Shown here: in pieces, positions 18,462 to 27,820 of the stretch
Layout of the letters: every line of letters begins with the position of its first letter
Position numbering within the stretch: position 1 is the stretch's first letter
Made by a program: the position numbers and the translations under genes
Notes under the pieces: model-generated
Told to the model about the DNA's origin: nothing
The model's input: the letters and a program-made list of their open reading frames with translations, nothing else
Databases searched by the model: none
Source: an uncultured Acidobacteriota bacterium
Lineage (GTDB): Bacteria > Acidobacteriota > Thermoanaerobaculia > UBA5066 > Gp7-AA6
NCBI GenBank assembly: GCA_963764715.1
Contig: CAVXTP010000022.1
Location: 544,001-608,000 of the forward strand
Direction of reading: 5' to 3'
Length of the DNA: 64,000 nucleotides

Positions 18462-18874
18462 GGTTCTTCTCCTTCGTAGACCACGCGGTTGCGCTCCGTC
18501 TCCTGCAGCGTCACCCGCACCAGCCTCGCCGGCGCGACCTTCCCGGCGAGCTGCCGCCAGATCCCGACGGCGATGTTCTCGGCCGTAGGATTCACCCCTG
18601 CCAGGAAGTCGACGTCGTAGTTGAGGTGCCGCCGGTCGAGCCGCCGGATCACCGTCTCCTCGACGGCGTGCTTCAGGTGCCCGAAGTCCATCACGTAGCC
18701 CGTCTCCGGGTCGATCTCGCCCTCGACGGTGACCTCGAGCCCGTAGGTATGCCCGTGGCCGTTGGGGTTGTTGCACTTGTCGAAGACGCGCTGGTTGGTC
18801 GCCTCGTCCCAGTCGGAGCGATGAAGCCGGTGCGCGGCCGAGAAATGGGAGCTCGAGAGCAGCCGCACCTTCAT
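18458..18874 (-). CDS. queD: 6-carboxytetrahydropterin synthase / PTPS
   Basis: FSAAHRL, KCNNPNGHGHTY, PTAENIA, LQET. Confidence 0.88.
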   Translation of the reverse strand: MKVRLLSSSHFSAAHRLHRSDWDEATNQRVFDKCNNPNGHGHTYGLEVTVEGEIDPETGYVMDFGHLKHAVEETVIRRLDRRHLNYDVDFLAGVNPTAENIAVGIWRQLAGKVAPARLVRVTLQETERNRVVYEGEEP

Positions 18875-18902
18875 CGACGCGATTCTAGCGCGCCGCCCCG
18901 TG

Positions 18903-18931
18903 TTGACAGGCTGCGTGGACCCTGCTCAAAT
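18903..18931 (+). promoter_or_regulatory. Putative sigma70 promoter of tRNA-Pro
   Basis: TTGACA(18903)-17 nt-TCAAAT with extended TG, 12 nt before the tRNA. Confidence 0.5.
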
Positions 18932-18943
18932 GCGGCTCCCGGT

Positions 18944-19020
18944 CGGGATGTGGCGCAGTCTGGTAGCGTACCTGAATGGGGTTCAGGGGGTCCCGGGTTC
19001 GAATCCCGGCATCCCGACCA
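18944..19020 (+). tRNA. tRNA-Pro(GGG)
   Basis: CGGGATG acceptor stem pairs with CATCCCG-A-CCA; anticodon arm CCTGA-AT GGG GT-TCAGG; GGTTCGAATCC T arm. Confidence 0.96.
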
Positions 19021-19043
19021 AATAGAACCCTGCGACTCCGAAT

Positions 19044-19343
19044 CTACCTGCCGTCAGGCGTCTCGCTTCGGCTTCTCCGATCCTTCATCGTCGACTTGCA
19101 GCGCTCGCAGACGAAGAATTGATCCGTGGACCCCGCCGGACCCGGCACCGGTCCCTTCATGAAGATCTTGCGGCCTGGAGACTGGGTACAGTTCGGGCAG
19201 AGGGGGCTGCCCACATCCAGGAAGCGCGGCGAGCGGGGATTGTCGATGGAGCCGAAGCATATGGTGTCATCTGATTCCTCGGGCAAGAATTGCGGCTTCC
19301 ACGGAAGTCGGGGATGGATGATCAACTCGCCCCCGATTCGCAC
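19044..19343 (-). CDS. Hypothetical small protein with CPNC...CERC zinc-ribbon motif (possibly a remnant)
   Basis: 99-aa ORF with two CxxC pairs in visibly less GC-rich DNA next to the tRNA; start uncertain. Confidence 0.4.
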   Translation of the reverse strand: MRIGGELIIHPRLPWKPQFLPEESDDTICFGSIDNPRSPRFLDVGSPLCPNCTQSPGRKIFMKGPVPGPAGSTDQFFVCERCKSTMKDRRSRSETPDGR

Positions 19344-19483
19344 TCCGGTGCGTTAACCGACTGAAAGGCCTCGGGGGGGTGCCACTCTTCGAATCCCGGC
19401 ACGGAAGGCACCCCGAGAGGGCGTTCGATTCGGTCCGACGATCCCTCTGTAGTATCCGTAAGCAGGCCGGGGGGTGACTCGCC

Positions 19484-20116
19484 ATGCGCTACCCACGAGT
19501 CCTGGGTCTACTCTTGTTCCTGGGGTCGTCCGGGCTGGCGGTTGCGCAGAGTGCCGACAAGTCGTTCGAGGTTTCGCCCTTCGTCGGCTACCTCTTCGGC
19601 GGCGACGTCTGGGAGCGTGCCCCCGACCTGCCGAGCCTCTCGGTCGATGATCACGTCGACTACGGAATCCGTGTCGGCTTCCGCGCGACATCCCACTGGG
19701 TCCTCGAGATGCAATGGACCCGGGTTCCAACCGAATTGAGCCTCGGCTTTTCCTTGCCGCAGACCCATCCGGTCAACATGGATTACCTGATCGCCGGCGT
19801 CGCTTACGAGCTCACGGGAGGATCCCTGCGGCCGTACGTCCTGCTCGGCGTCGGAGCGGCGTTCTTCGACCCGAAAGAGGTGCCGAGCGAGACCCGCTTC
19901 ACGGGCAGCCTGGCTCTGGGACTCAAGGCATTCTTCACGCCCGCTTTGGGGCTGCGCGTCGAGGCGCGAGGCTATGCCTCGAGTCTGGACGATACGCCGC
20001 TTGGATTCCCGTGCACGACCTTCGACGGCAGCGGCGGCCCTGTCGTGCCTCGGTCCTGCGCAAAGTCATGGCTCTTCAACGGAGACCTGACCGGGGGCCT
20101 GATCGTCGCGTTCTAG
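19484..20116 (+). CDS. Outer-membrane beta-barrel protein (8-strand OMP family)
   Basis: Signal peptide; FEVSPFVGY, LRPYVLLGVG, GLRVEARGY; C-terminal GLIVAF. Confidence 0.8.
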   Translation: MRYPRVLGLLLFLGSSGLAVAQSADKSFEVSPFVGYLFGGDVWERAPDLPSLSVDDHVDYGIRVGFRATSHWVLEMQWTRVPTELSLGFSLPQTHPVNMDYLIAGVAYELTGGSLRPYVLLGVGAAFFDPKEVPSETRFTGSLALGLKAFFTPALGLRVEARGYASSLDDTPLGFPCTTFDGSGGPVVPRSCAKSWLFNGDLTGGLIVAF

Positions 20117-20243
20117 GCCGACGCAACCGAGCGCCCCGCCCGACCGCGTGGCCGGTCGGCGTTTCATGCCGCCGGGGCCGCGCCAATGTAGCGACTGCCG
20201 CCGGCCCCGGACCGTCTCTCACGGAATGTTTAGGAGTGGGCCG

Positions 20244-21302
20244 TCACCCGCTGGCTCGAGATCGTGAGGTGCGCGGGGCGCGCCGAACCGGAGCGCCCGG
20301 TCCCGCCGCCCGGGCTGCATCCCGGGGAGACCCGCCCCACTGTCGGCTCCAGGCACGTCGCAGTTGCAGGTCCGAGCCGAAGCCGGCCTCCGCGGCGGCG
20401 CGCGTGACCGTCGCTCCGTATTCCAGCGCCTGGCGGGCGCGCTCGAGCCGGATCAAGCGGAGGTAGTGCAGCGGCGAGATGCCGGCGTGATCGATGAAGA
20501 GCCGCAACAGATGGCGCTCCGCGGCGTGGCCGATCTGGGCCAGCGACGCCATGTCCCAGTCGCGCTGCGGGTCGGTGACGATCGCGTTCTGAACCCGGTG
20601 CACGGTGGGGTGCAGGTGGCGTCGGTGCATGTGGAAGGGCGACGACTCGGTGTCGCGCGGGGACCGCCGCAGGTAGACGACCATGTCCTCGGCGACGCTC
20701 GCCGCCAAAGCCTCGCCGCACTCCTCCGCGATGAGGTGGAGCGCGACGTCGATCCCCGCCGTGATGCCGGCGCTGGACGCGAGCGGACCGTCCACCACGA
20801 AGACGCGATTGTCGATGACCTCGGCCTGCGGCGCCAGGGCGCGCAGCATGGGCAGGAGCTCGTGGTGCGTGGTGCAGCGGCGCGTCGAGAGGACCCCCGC
20901 CCGCGCGGCCAGCAGGGTGCCCGAGCAGATCGTCAGCAGGCGGTGCGGCGTGTTCGCGTCGAGAAGCGCATCGCGCAGCCGATCGTTCAGCCACCGGGCG
21001 GTGACCGCGATGTCCGGCGTGACCTTGGTCATGTGAGGGGTCGGTTGACCGACCACCACGACCCAGGTCGGCGTGCGGAGCTGGTCCGGCAACGGGGCGA
21101 GGTCGCCGAGCGCCAGTCCCACCGACGTCGGCACGATGGCGGCCGGCCCCGCGAAGCGCTGACGAAAGCGCGGCGGGAGTCCGAGACGCTCGCGGTGCTG
21201 GTTGGCGAGACGAAACGCTTCCGCCGGACCGGCGATGTCGAGCAGCAACGAGTGCCGCACGATGACGAAGAGCACGTCGATGGGCTGGGCGCGCGTGATC
21301 AT
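20244..21302 (-). CDS. GlxA-family AraC regulator (DJ-1/PfpI + HTH)
   Basis: LLDIAGPAEAF, TICSG..CTTHH, SSAGITAGID, C-terminal ERHLLRLF..AGFGS HTH. Confidence 0.9.
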   Translation of the reverse strand: MITRAQPIDVLFVIVRHSLLLDIAGPAEAFRLANQHRERLGLPPRFRQRFAGPAAIVPTSVGLALGDLAPLPDQLRTPTWVVVVGQPTPHMTKVTPDIAVTARWLNDRLRDALLDANTPHRLLTICSGTLLAARAGVLSTRRCTTHHELLPMLRALAPQAEVIDNRVFVVDGPLASSAGITAGIDVALHLIAEECGEALAASVAEDMVVYLRRSPRDTESSPFHMHRRHLHPTVHRVQNAIVTDPQRDWDMASLAQIGHAAERHLLRLFIDHAGISPLHYLRLIRLERARQALEYGATVTRAAAEAGFGSDLQLRRAWSRQWGGSPRDAARAAGPGAPVRRAPRTSRSRASG

Positions 21303-21426
21303 GGCCGAGAGACGAGCGAATCACAGCATACATCGGACGGAACCGGCCGCCGGGTCCACCAGCCGATGTCCGAAAGTGATTCAAAGTTGTCGGCCTTGCG
21401 CCGCGACAGGACTTCGGCCCCCCGGT

Positions 21427-23508
21427 ATGTTCGCCGTCGTCATGGCCTACCTTCGCGCAGCCGCGCTGCCGACCCTGCTGACGCTCCTCGCGGCGCTCTC
21501 GGCCGGAGACCCGTCCCCGTCCGCCGCCCAGGCGGCGGATGGCCGGACACCGCCGTCGCTCGAGACCACGGTCGACGTGCGCATCATCCCCGGCGAGGAT
21601 TTCTTCGCCTACGCCAACGGCGCATGGCTCGAGGCGACCGCGATCCCGGCAGGCAAGGAGAAGTGGGGGGCCCGCGACGAGCTCGAGGAGGTTGCCCGCC
21701 GCCGCGTCGCCGCGCTGCTCGACGGCGCTGCCGCCGCGCCCGCCGGCTCGGCGGCGCGGAAGGTCGCCGACTTTTATGCCGCGTACGTGAACGAGGGCGG
21801 CCTGGAGGCCCGGGGGCTCACGTCGCTGAAGCCGCTGCTCGAGCGCATCGAGAAAGTGTCGGACAAGACGGAGCTGACACGCCTGCTGGGCCGCGACATG
21901 CGCGCCGACGTCGACCCCATGGGATTCGGAATCTACAAGTCAGCGAGCGTGCTGGGCCTCTCCGTGGAGCAGAGCATCCACGGAGAGAAGACCAACACCA
22001 CTTTCCTGGTGCAGGGAGGGCTGGGCCTGCCGGACCGCGAGGACTATCTCGGCGCCGACCCCGGGAAAGAGGCGCTTCGAGCACGGTATCGCGACTACAT
22101 CCGGACCATGCTCACGCTCGCCGGCTTCGGACATGCCGAGCAGCGCGCGAGAGCGGTGCTGGCGCTGGAAACGGCGATGGCGCAAAGCCAGGCCACGCGC
22201 GAGGCGTCGTCCAACGACCACAATGCCGACAACCTCTGGACCCGCTCCGACTTCGCGCAGCGGGCCCCCGGGATCGACTGGGCCGTCTTCTTCGACGAAG
22301 CCGGGCTGGCCGGTCAGGGCGAAATCGTCGTCTGGCAGCCGACCGCCGTGACCGGGCTGGCGGCGCAGGTCGCGTCGCAGCCGCTGGAGGCCTGGAAGGA
22401 CTACCTGCGCTTCCATTCCATGCACGATTTCGCGGACGTTCTGCCGCGCGCCTTTGCCGAGCAGGCGCTGGCGCTGCGGGCCGCCACGGGGGCCTCGCCG
22501 CAGCCCTCCCGGGCGGAGCGCGCCCTCGCGGCCACGCAGTCGGCCATGAGGAGCGCGCTCGGGAAGATGTACGTCGAGCGCTACTTCCCCGCCGAACAGA
22601 AGGCGCGCGTGGAGAGGATCTCCGACGACGTCCGCGCGGCCCTCACGAAGCGGGTCGAGGCCGCGGCCTGGATGTCCCCCGCCACCCGGGCGAGCGCCCT
22701 GTCGAAGCTGCAGACGCTGTACGTCGGCCTCGGGTATCCCGATCAGTGGGAAGACGACTCCTCGCTCGCCGTGGACCCGGCCGACCCGCTCAATAATCTC
22801 CGGCGCGTCTCGGACCGCGCCCGCCGCAACGCCCTCGCCCGGCTCGGCCAGCCCGTCAATCTGAAGTACTGGTACATCTCTCCGCAGACGGTCGGCGCGC
22901 TGCTCGTGTTCCAGCAGAACGCGTACGTGATGTCGGCCGCGTTGCTGGAGCCTCCCAAGTACGATCACATGTCCTCCGACGCCGCGGCCTACGGTTCCGT
23001 CGGGGCGCTCATCGGACACGACCTCACGCACTACATCGACGTGCTCGGCGCCGAGTACGACCCGGAGCACCGGCTGCGACGATGGTGGACGGCCCAGGAC
23101 CAGCAGCGCTTCCAGGCCCTTACGCAGCCGCTCGTGGATCAGTTCTCGGCGTACCAGCCGCTGCCGGGCCTCTCGATCAACGGCAAGCTGACGCTCACCG
23201 AGAACGTCGCCGACCTCGGCGGCCTCGCCGCCGCGTTCGACGCCTACCGCAAGTCGCTCGGCGGCCGGGTGACGGATCCCGACGCCGTGCGCCTGCAGGA
23301 CCGCGAGTTCTTCATCGCCTACGCGCAGACCCTTCGCCGCAAGATCAGCGAGGGCGCCCTGCGGACGCAGGTCGCCACCAACGACCACGCGCCGGAGAAC
23401 TACCGGGCCGACACGGTCCGCAATCTCGATGCGTGGTACGACGCGTTCGACGTGCGCCCGGGGCAGCCGCTGTACCTCGAGCCCTCGGCCCGCGTGCGCG
23501 TCTGGTAA
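21427..23508 (+). CDS. M13 (neprilysin/PepO)-family metallopeptidase homolog with variant active site
   Basis: PGEDFFAYANGAW, QGGLGLPDREDY, GHDLTH (HExxH position), ENVADLGG, HAP..RA..VRNLDAWYDAF; signal peptide; start 21427 or 21442. Confidence 0.88.
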   Translation: MFAVVMAYLRAAALPTLLTLLAALSAGDPSPSAAQAADGRTPPSLETTVDVRIIPGEDFFAYANGAWLEATAIPAGKEKWGARDELEEVARRRVAALLDGAAAAPAGSAARKVADFYAAYVNEGGLEARGLTSLKPLLERIEKVSDKTELTRLLGRDMRADVDPMGFGIYKSASVLGLSVEQSIHGEKTNTTFLVQGGLGLPDREDYLGADPGKEALRARYRDYIRTMLTLAGFGHAEQRARAVLALETAMAQSQATREASSNDHNADNLWTRSDFAQRAPGIDWAVFFDEAGLAGQGEIVVWQPTAVTGLAAQVASQPLEAWKDYLRFHSMHDFADVLPRAFAEQALALRAATGASPQPSRAERALAATQSAMRSALGKMYVERYFPAEQKARVERISDDVRAALTKRVEAAAWMSPATRASALSKLQTLYVGLGYPDQWEDDSSLAVDPADPLNNLRRVSDRARRNALARLGQPVNLKYWYISPQTVGALLVFQQNAYVMSAALLEPPKYDHMSSDAAAYGSVGALIGHDLTHYIDVLGAEYDPEHRLRRWWTAQDQQRFQALTQPLVDQFSAYQPLPGLSINGKLTLTENVADLGGLAAAFDAYRKSLGGRVTDPDAVRLQDREFFIAYAQTLRRKISEGALRTQVATNDHAPENYRADTVRNLDAWYDAFDVRPGQPLYLEPSARVRVW

Positions 23509-23536
23509 TCGGCGAGCCCCGGGCCTCGAGGCGATC

Positions 23537-24310
23537 TTGCGCGTCACCGTCTGCGAACTGCCGCACGAGCCCGTAGCCCTGGCCGCCGCGTGGGCCGCAC
23601 TGTGCGAGCACACAATGCGCCACGCGTCCGAGCTGGTCCTGCTGCCGGAGTTCGCGATGGTCGATGCGGTCTGGCAGGACGAGACTTTCGACGCCGCCCG
23701 CTGGACAGTCGCGCAGGCCGCGAGCGACGTCTGGCGCCAGCGCCTCCCCGAGTTGCGTGCCGCGCACGTGGTCGGGACCCGTCCCGTCACCATCGACGGC
23801 CGCCCCTTCAATCAGGGGTTCCTCTGGTCGGCTTCCGGCGGCCTGGTGCCGCTCCGCCGCAAGTTCTTCATGCCGGATGAACCGGGCGGCTGGGAAGCGC
23901 GCTGGTTCGACCGGGGCGATCCCGATTTCACCGAGTATTCCGCGGGCGGCTGGTCGTTTGGCCTCAACATCTGCAGCGAGCTGTGGGCCGTGGAAACCTA
24001 CGCCGCGTATGCCGAGCGCGGCGTGCAGCTCGTCCTGTCGCCCCGCGCGACGGCGGCCGCCACGATCGCCCGGTGGCTGGCCGTGGGCGTCGTGGCGGCG
24101 GTGCGCTCGGGCGCGTTCAGCCTGTCGTCCAACCGCGTGGATCCGACGGGTGCGTTCGGCGGCGTCGGATGGATCATCGATCCTTACGGGAACTTCCTGG
24201 CGCGGACGAGCCCCGACGCACCGTTCGCGACGGTCGACATCGACCTCTTCGCCTCGGCGGCCGCGCGGGACGACTATCCCGGCTACGTATTCCGCGGGCG
24301 ACGGCGGTGA
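23537..24310 (+). CDS. Carbon-nitrogen hydrolase (nitrilase superfamily)
   Basis: Catalytic E-K-C triad: LLPEF, RRKFF, NICSEL; TTG start after GAGG. Confidence 0.85.
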   Translation: MRVTVCELPHEPVALAAAWAALCEHTMRHASELVLLPEFAMVDAVWQDETFDAARWTVAQAASDVWRQRLPELRAAHVVGTRPVTIDGRPFNQGFLWSASGGLVPLRRKFFMPDEPGGWEARWFDRGDPDFTEYSAGGWSFGLNICSELWAVETYAAYAERGVQLVLSPRATAAATIARWLAVGVVAAVRSGAFSLSSNRVDPTGAFGGVGWIIDPYGNFLARTSPDAPFATVDIDLFASAAARDDYPGYVFRGRRR

Positions 24311-24375
24311 TCGCGGCCGATAGACTCGCTGACCCGGCCCGGCTCGATCGTCGCGTTTCGAGGCGCTGGCGGACG

Positions 24376-24999
24376 TCAGCCCTCGCGCCGCACGACCCAG
24401 GTCGTCATGCACCGCTGATCCTGGACGACCGTCGTCTTCAGGGGGTCGAGGAGAGAACCGCCGAGCTCTCGCGTCAGGGACATCAGGAGCTTCTCGTCGA
24501 CGAGAAACCGCTCGCTGCCGTCCGGCAGTCGAAACCGGCCTCCGCCGACCGGTCGCATCCGCGTCTCCATCCCGATGTTCGACGCGAGGCGGCAGAAGAA
24601 CAGTCCTCCCGGCTTCAGCAGGCGCCAGGACCCGCTGACCATCGCCCGGAAGTGCGCCTCGTCGCGAGCGAAGTGGAGGACGGCGCTGCTGACGACGACA
24701 TCGGCGCACCGGTCCTCGAAGGTCGAGGCCTCCGCGGACTCGACACGGAAGTTCGCCGGCGGCAGTCGGGGCGCGAGCCTCCCGGCCAGCTCCCGGACGG
24801 TCTCGATCGCCCCCGCGTCCGGGTCCAGCGCACGGACCTCGTAGCCCTGTCCCAGAAAGTAGGTCAGGTTCCGACCCCGGCCGCAGCCGGCCTCCAGCAC
24901 CGACCGGCCCGGGAGGATGCGCCCCCGCAGGAGCTGGTCGAAGAGGTAGATGTCGATCCCGCCGAAGATCGCCGTCAGGTCGAGCGGGTTGGCCGGCAT
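24376..24999 (-). CDS. Class I SAM-dependent methyltransferase
   Basis: IDIYLFDQLLRGR, VLEAGCGRGRN, SSAVLHFA, LLKPGG. Confidence 0.87.
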   Translation of the reverse strand: MPANPLDLTAIFGGIDIYLFDQLLRGRILPGRSVLEAGCGRGRNLTYFLGQGYEVRALDPDAGAIETVRELAGRLAPRLPPANFRVESAEASTFEDRCADVVVSSAVLHFARDEAHFRAMVSGSWRLLKPGGLFFCRLASNIGMETRMRPVGGGRFRLPDGSERFLVDEKLLMSLTRELGGSLLDPLKTTVVQDQRCMTTWVVRREG

Positions 25000-25068
25000 C
25001 GCCCGGCGAGTCTATCCGCGCGGGCGCGCGCCTTGCAGATGTAGCCTCCGCACTGAAGGAGGACACCG

Positions 25069-25431
25069 ATGCGCATCCTCGGCCCGCGGCTCCACGGTTA
25101 CATCGACGTCGCCACCATCCTCATCTTCCTCGTCGGCCCGCTTCTCTTCGGCCTCGGCGGCAGCCCGGCCCTGATCAGCTGGGTCCTCGCCGCTGCGCAC
25201 CTCGTCCTGACGCTCCTGACGCGCTTTCCGCTCGGCGTCGTCAAGAAGATCCCATTCTTCATCCACGGGCTGGTCGAGCTTCTCGTGGCCGTGTTCCTCG
25301 CCCTCCTCCCGCGCCTCGACGGGTACGCGCCCGGCTCCCCGGCGCGGCGCTTCTACTGGACGATGGCGATCGTGATCGGCCTCGTCTGGCTGCTGACCGA
25401 CTATCGCGGGCACGAAGCCGAGACGGCTTGA
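25069..25431 (+). CDS. Small 4-TM membrane protein (SPW-repeat-like)
   Basis: Internal repeat HGYID..LTRFPLG / HGLVE..LTDY; AGGAGG RBS. Confidence 0.75.
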   Translation: MRILGPRLHGYIDVATILIFLVGPLLFGLGGSPALISWVLAAAHLVLTLLTRFPLGVVKKIPFFIHGLVELLVAVFLALLPRLDGYAPGSPARRFYWTMAIVIGLVWLLTDYRGHEAETA

Positions 25432-26159
25432 GCGGTTCGTCGCTGCGGGCCTTCCTCCGGCGCCGGATCTCGCGCGAGGAAGCCGTCGGCCTGTCGTTCA
25501 CGCTGAGCTTCGTGCTGTGCGCCACCCTCGCGGCCGCCGTGGGATGGCTCGCCCACGAGGTCCTGCTCGCGGGCGGGAAGCCGGGCCCGTTCGACGTGCG
25601 GGTCTCCGAGTCCCTGGTCGGGCTCCGCTCGAAGCGGCTCACCGGGCTCATGGCGACCGCGAGCGCGTTCGGCGACCACCGGTTCCTGCTCGTCGCGACT
25701 CCCGCGGTCCTCCTCGCCCTCTGGAGCTCCCGCCGGCACGTTTCCGCGCTGCTCTTCGCCGGAAGCGTGGTCGGCGGATTCGGCCTGAGCACGGTGCTCA
25801 AGATCGCGATCGCCCGCGCGCGCCCCGAGGCCTGGAAGGCCCTCGTGACCGAGAAGAGCTACAGCTTCCCGAGCGGCCACGCGGTCATGGCGACCGTGTT
25901 CTTCGGGGGACTGGCGGCCGTCGTGTTTCACCTCTCGAAGAGCCCGTTGCGGCGCGGGCTCGCCGTTCTCCTCGCGAGCGGGATCGTCCTGACGATCGCC
26001 GCGAGCCGGGTCTACCTGGGAGCGCACTGGCCGACCGACACTCTGGCCGGGATGGCGGCTGGCCTCATCTGGGTCGTGATCTACGCGTCCGCGACGGAGA
26101 CCGTCACGCACATCCAGAGGCGCCGCAAGGGCCTCAGGGAATCGCGGTCACCCGATTGA
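25428..26159 (+). CDS. PAP2-family phosphatase
   Basis: K..IARARP, SFPSGHA, SRVYLGAHWPTD. Confidence 0.9.
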   Translation: MSGSSLRAFLRRRISREEAVGLSFTLSFVLCATLAAAVGWLAHEVLLAGGKPGPFDVRVSESLVGLRSKRLTGLMATASAFGDHRFLLVATPAVLLALWSSRRHVSALLFAGSVVGGFGLSTVLKIAIARARPEAWKALVTEKSYSFPSGHAVMATVFFGGLAAVVFHLSKSPLRRGLAVLLASGIVLTIAASRVYLGAHWPTDTLAGMAAGLIWVVIYASATETVTHIQRRRKGLRESRSPD

Positions 26160-27762
26160 TCTCGAGGGTCGGCGGCTTCTCGGGCGCAGCCTCCGCCGCG
26201 CCGGAACGGGCCGCGCGGATCCGGGCGCCGCGATTGCTCCACCATGCCGCGGCCTCCGCCGCTGACCACGCGGGAACGTCCGACGCCGCGGCGAGCGCCG
26301 CCTGGATGGCCTCGACGCTCTCGGGCCTGTCCTCCGGGTCTTTCGCGAGCGCCGCGAGAACGAGGGCCTCGATCGAGGGAGGCAGCGTCCGCCCGACCCG
26401 CGCCGAGGGCGGGACGGGTTCGTCCCGCAGGAGCTTCGTCATCACGTCGCCGAGGCTGCCGTCGAAAACGGTCGATCCGGTCAGCAGGAAATATGCGGTC
26501 GCCCCCAGCGCGTAGATGTCGCAGCGGACGTCGATGCGATTCGGTGAGCGGAGCGCCTCCGGGGCCATGTAGTGCGGTGTGCCCAGGGCCGTGTTCTCGA
26601 GGGTGAGGCGGGCGTCGACCGCGGAGGCGCTCTTCACGAGCCCGAAGTCCACGACCTTGGCGACGTCCGGCCTTCCGCCGCGCTCGCAGAGCAGGATGTT
26701 GGCCGGCTTAATGTCGCGGTGGATCAGCCCCACGCGATGCGCCTCGCCGAGAGCCTCGCAGACCTGCCGGAGCACGTGGACGACGCGGCCCGGAGGCATC
26801 GGCCCGTCGCGCCGGACGAGCTCGTCGAGGTCGATGCCGTCGAGGAACTCCATCGCGTAATAGAAGACCCCGTCGGGCGTGCGGCCGTAGTCGTACACCG
26901 AGACGGTGTGCGGCGAGGTCAGGAGCGAGGTCATCTGGACCTCGCGCTCGAAGCGGGCGAGGTCCATCTCCCCCGCCCGTTCCGGCGGCAGGATCTTGAT
27001 CGCGGTCGGCCGGCGCAGGAGCGCATGGCTCGCCCGGTAGACGGCGCCCATCCCGCCCTCCCCGATCTTCTCGACGAGCGTGTAGGGCCCCAGGCGGCGC
27101 GCCTCGCGGACCGTCTGGCGCAGGCCGTAGATGACGCTCGAGATCTTCGTCGAGAGCAGGACCGCGAGGCCGGCGAAAAGGCCGGCAAAGATCGCATAGG
27201 AGACCGGGGCGGGCAGGCTCGGCTGGGCGGCCCGCTCGTAGCCGATCAGCGTCAGCACCGGAAGCGGCGCGACCGACACCGCACCGATCCACGCCGTGCG
27301 CCGCGGGTCGCTCGGTACGATCGCGGCGCGGTAGAGGAGTATTCCGAAGAGGGCGAGCGCTGCGAGCAGGTCGGGCCGCAGGACGAGCGGAAGGGTGAAG
27401 CTCATGGCGAGGATGCCGACCGAGACGAGGAACATGCCGACGCCGTCGACCAGCGCGAGCGCCGACGAGGGCATCAGGGGCCCGCGGGCGGCGAGCCACA
27501 TCGCCAGAAGCACCACCATGTACGCGAGGTTGAAGAGATGCGGCGTCGCGAGCGGCAGCCCGTGAACGAGAGCGTCGGGCGTCCAGGCCAGAGCCACACC
27601 CCAGCCGGCGAGGAAGAAAAAGACGGTCAGGAGGAACACCAGCCGCGCGAACCGTCCGATCCGCTCCTGCAGGAAGGCGCGGCCCTCCTCGGAGCCCCAC
27701 GGGCTCCCCTCGCCGCTCGCCGCGCGGCGGCGATCCTGTCGATCCCCACCCGGCCGTTCCAA
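26134..27762 (-). CDS. Membrane-bound Hanks-type Ser/Thr kinase
   Basis: N-terminal TM region; IGEGGMGAVY, HRDIKPAN, DFGL, GTPHYMAPE. Confidence 0.92.
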   Translation of the reverse strand: MERPGGDRQDRRRAASGEGSPWGSEEGRAFLQERIGRFARLVFLLTVFFFLAGWGVALAWTPDALVHGLPLATPHLFNLAYMVVLLAMWLAARGPLMPSSALALVDGVGMFLVSVGILAMSFTLPLVLRPDLLAALALFGILLYRAAIVPSDPRRTAWIGAVSVAPLPVLTLIGYERAAQPSLPAPVSYAIFAGLFAGLAVLLSTKISSVIYGLRQTVREARRLGPYTLVEKIGEGGMGAVYRASHALLRRPTAIKILPPERAGEMDLARFEREVQMTSLLTSPHTVSVYDYGRTPDGVFYYAMEFLDGIDLDELVRRDGPMPPGRVVHVLRQVCEALGEAHRVGLIHRDIKPANILLCERGGRPDVAKVVDFGLVKSASAVDARLTLENTALGTPHYMAPEALRSPNRIDVRCDIYALGATAYFLLTGSTVFDGSLGDVMTKLLRDEPVPPSARVGRTLPPSIEALVLAALAKDPEDRPESVEAIQAALAAASDVPAWSAAEAAAWWSNRGARIRAARSGAAEAAPEKPPTLEINRVTAIP

Positions 27763-27820
27763 GTTCGTGGCGGAATTCTACAGGCGCCGGCCCGACTCTC
27801 CTGCCTCCTGCCTCCTGAGG

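Noticed and set aside
26134-26159. Convergent overlap of the PAP2 phosphatase and Ser/Thr kinase as a cognate pair
   Set aside because: PAP2 enzymes act on lipid or small-molecule phosphates, and short 3' overlaps are common.
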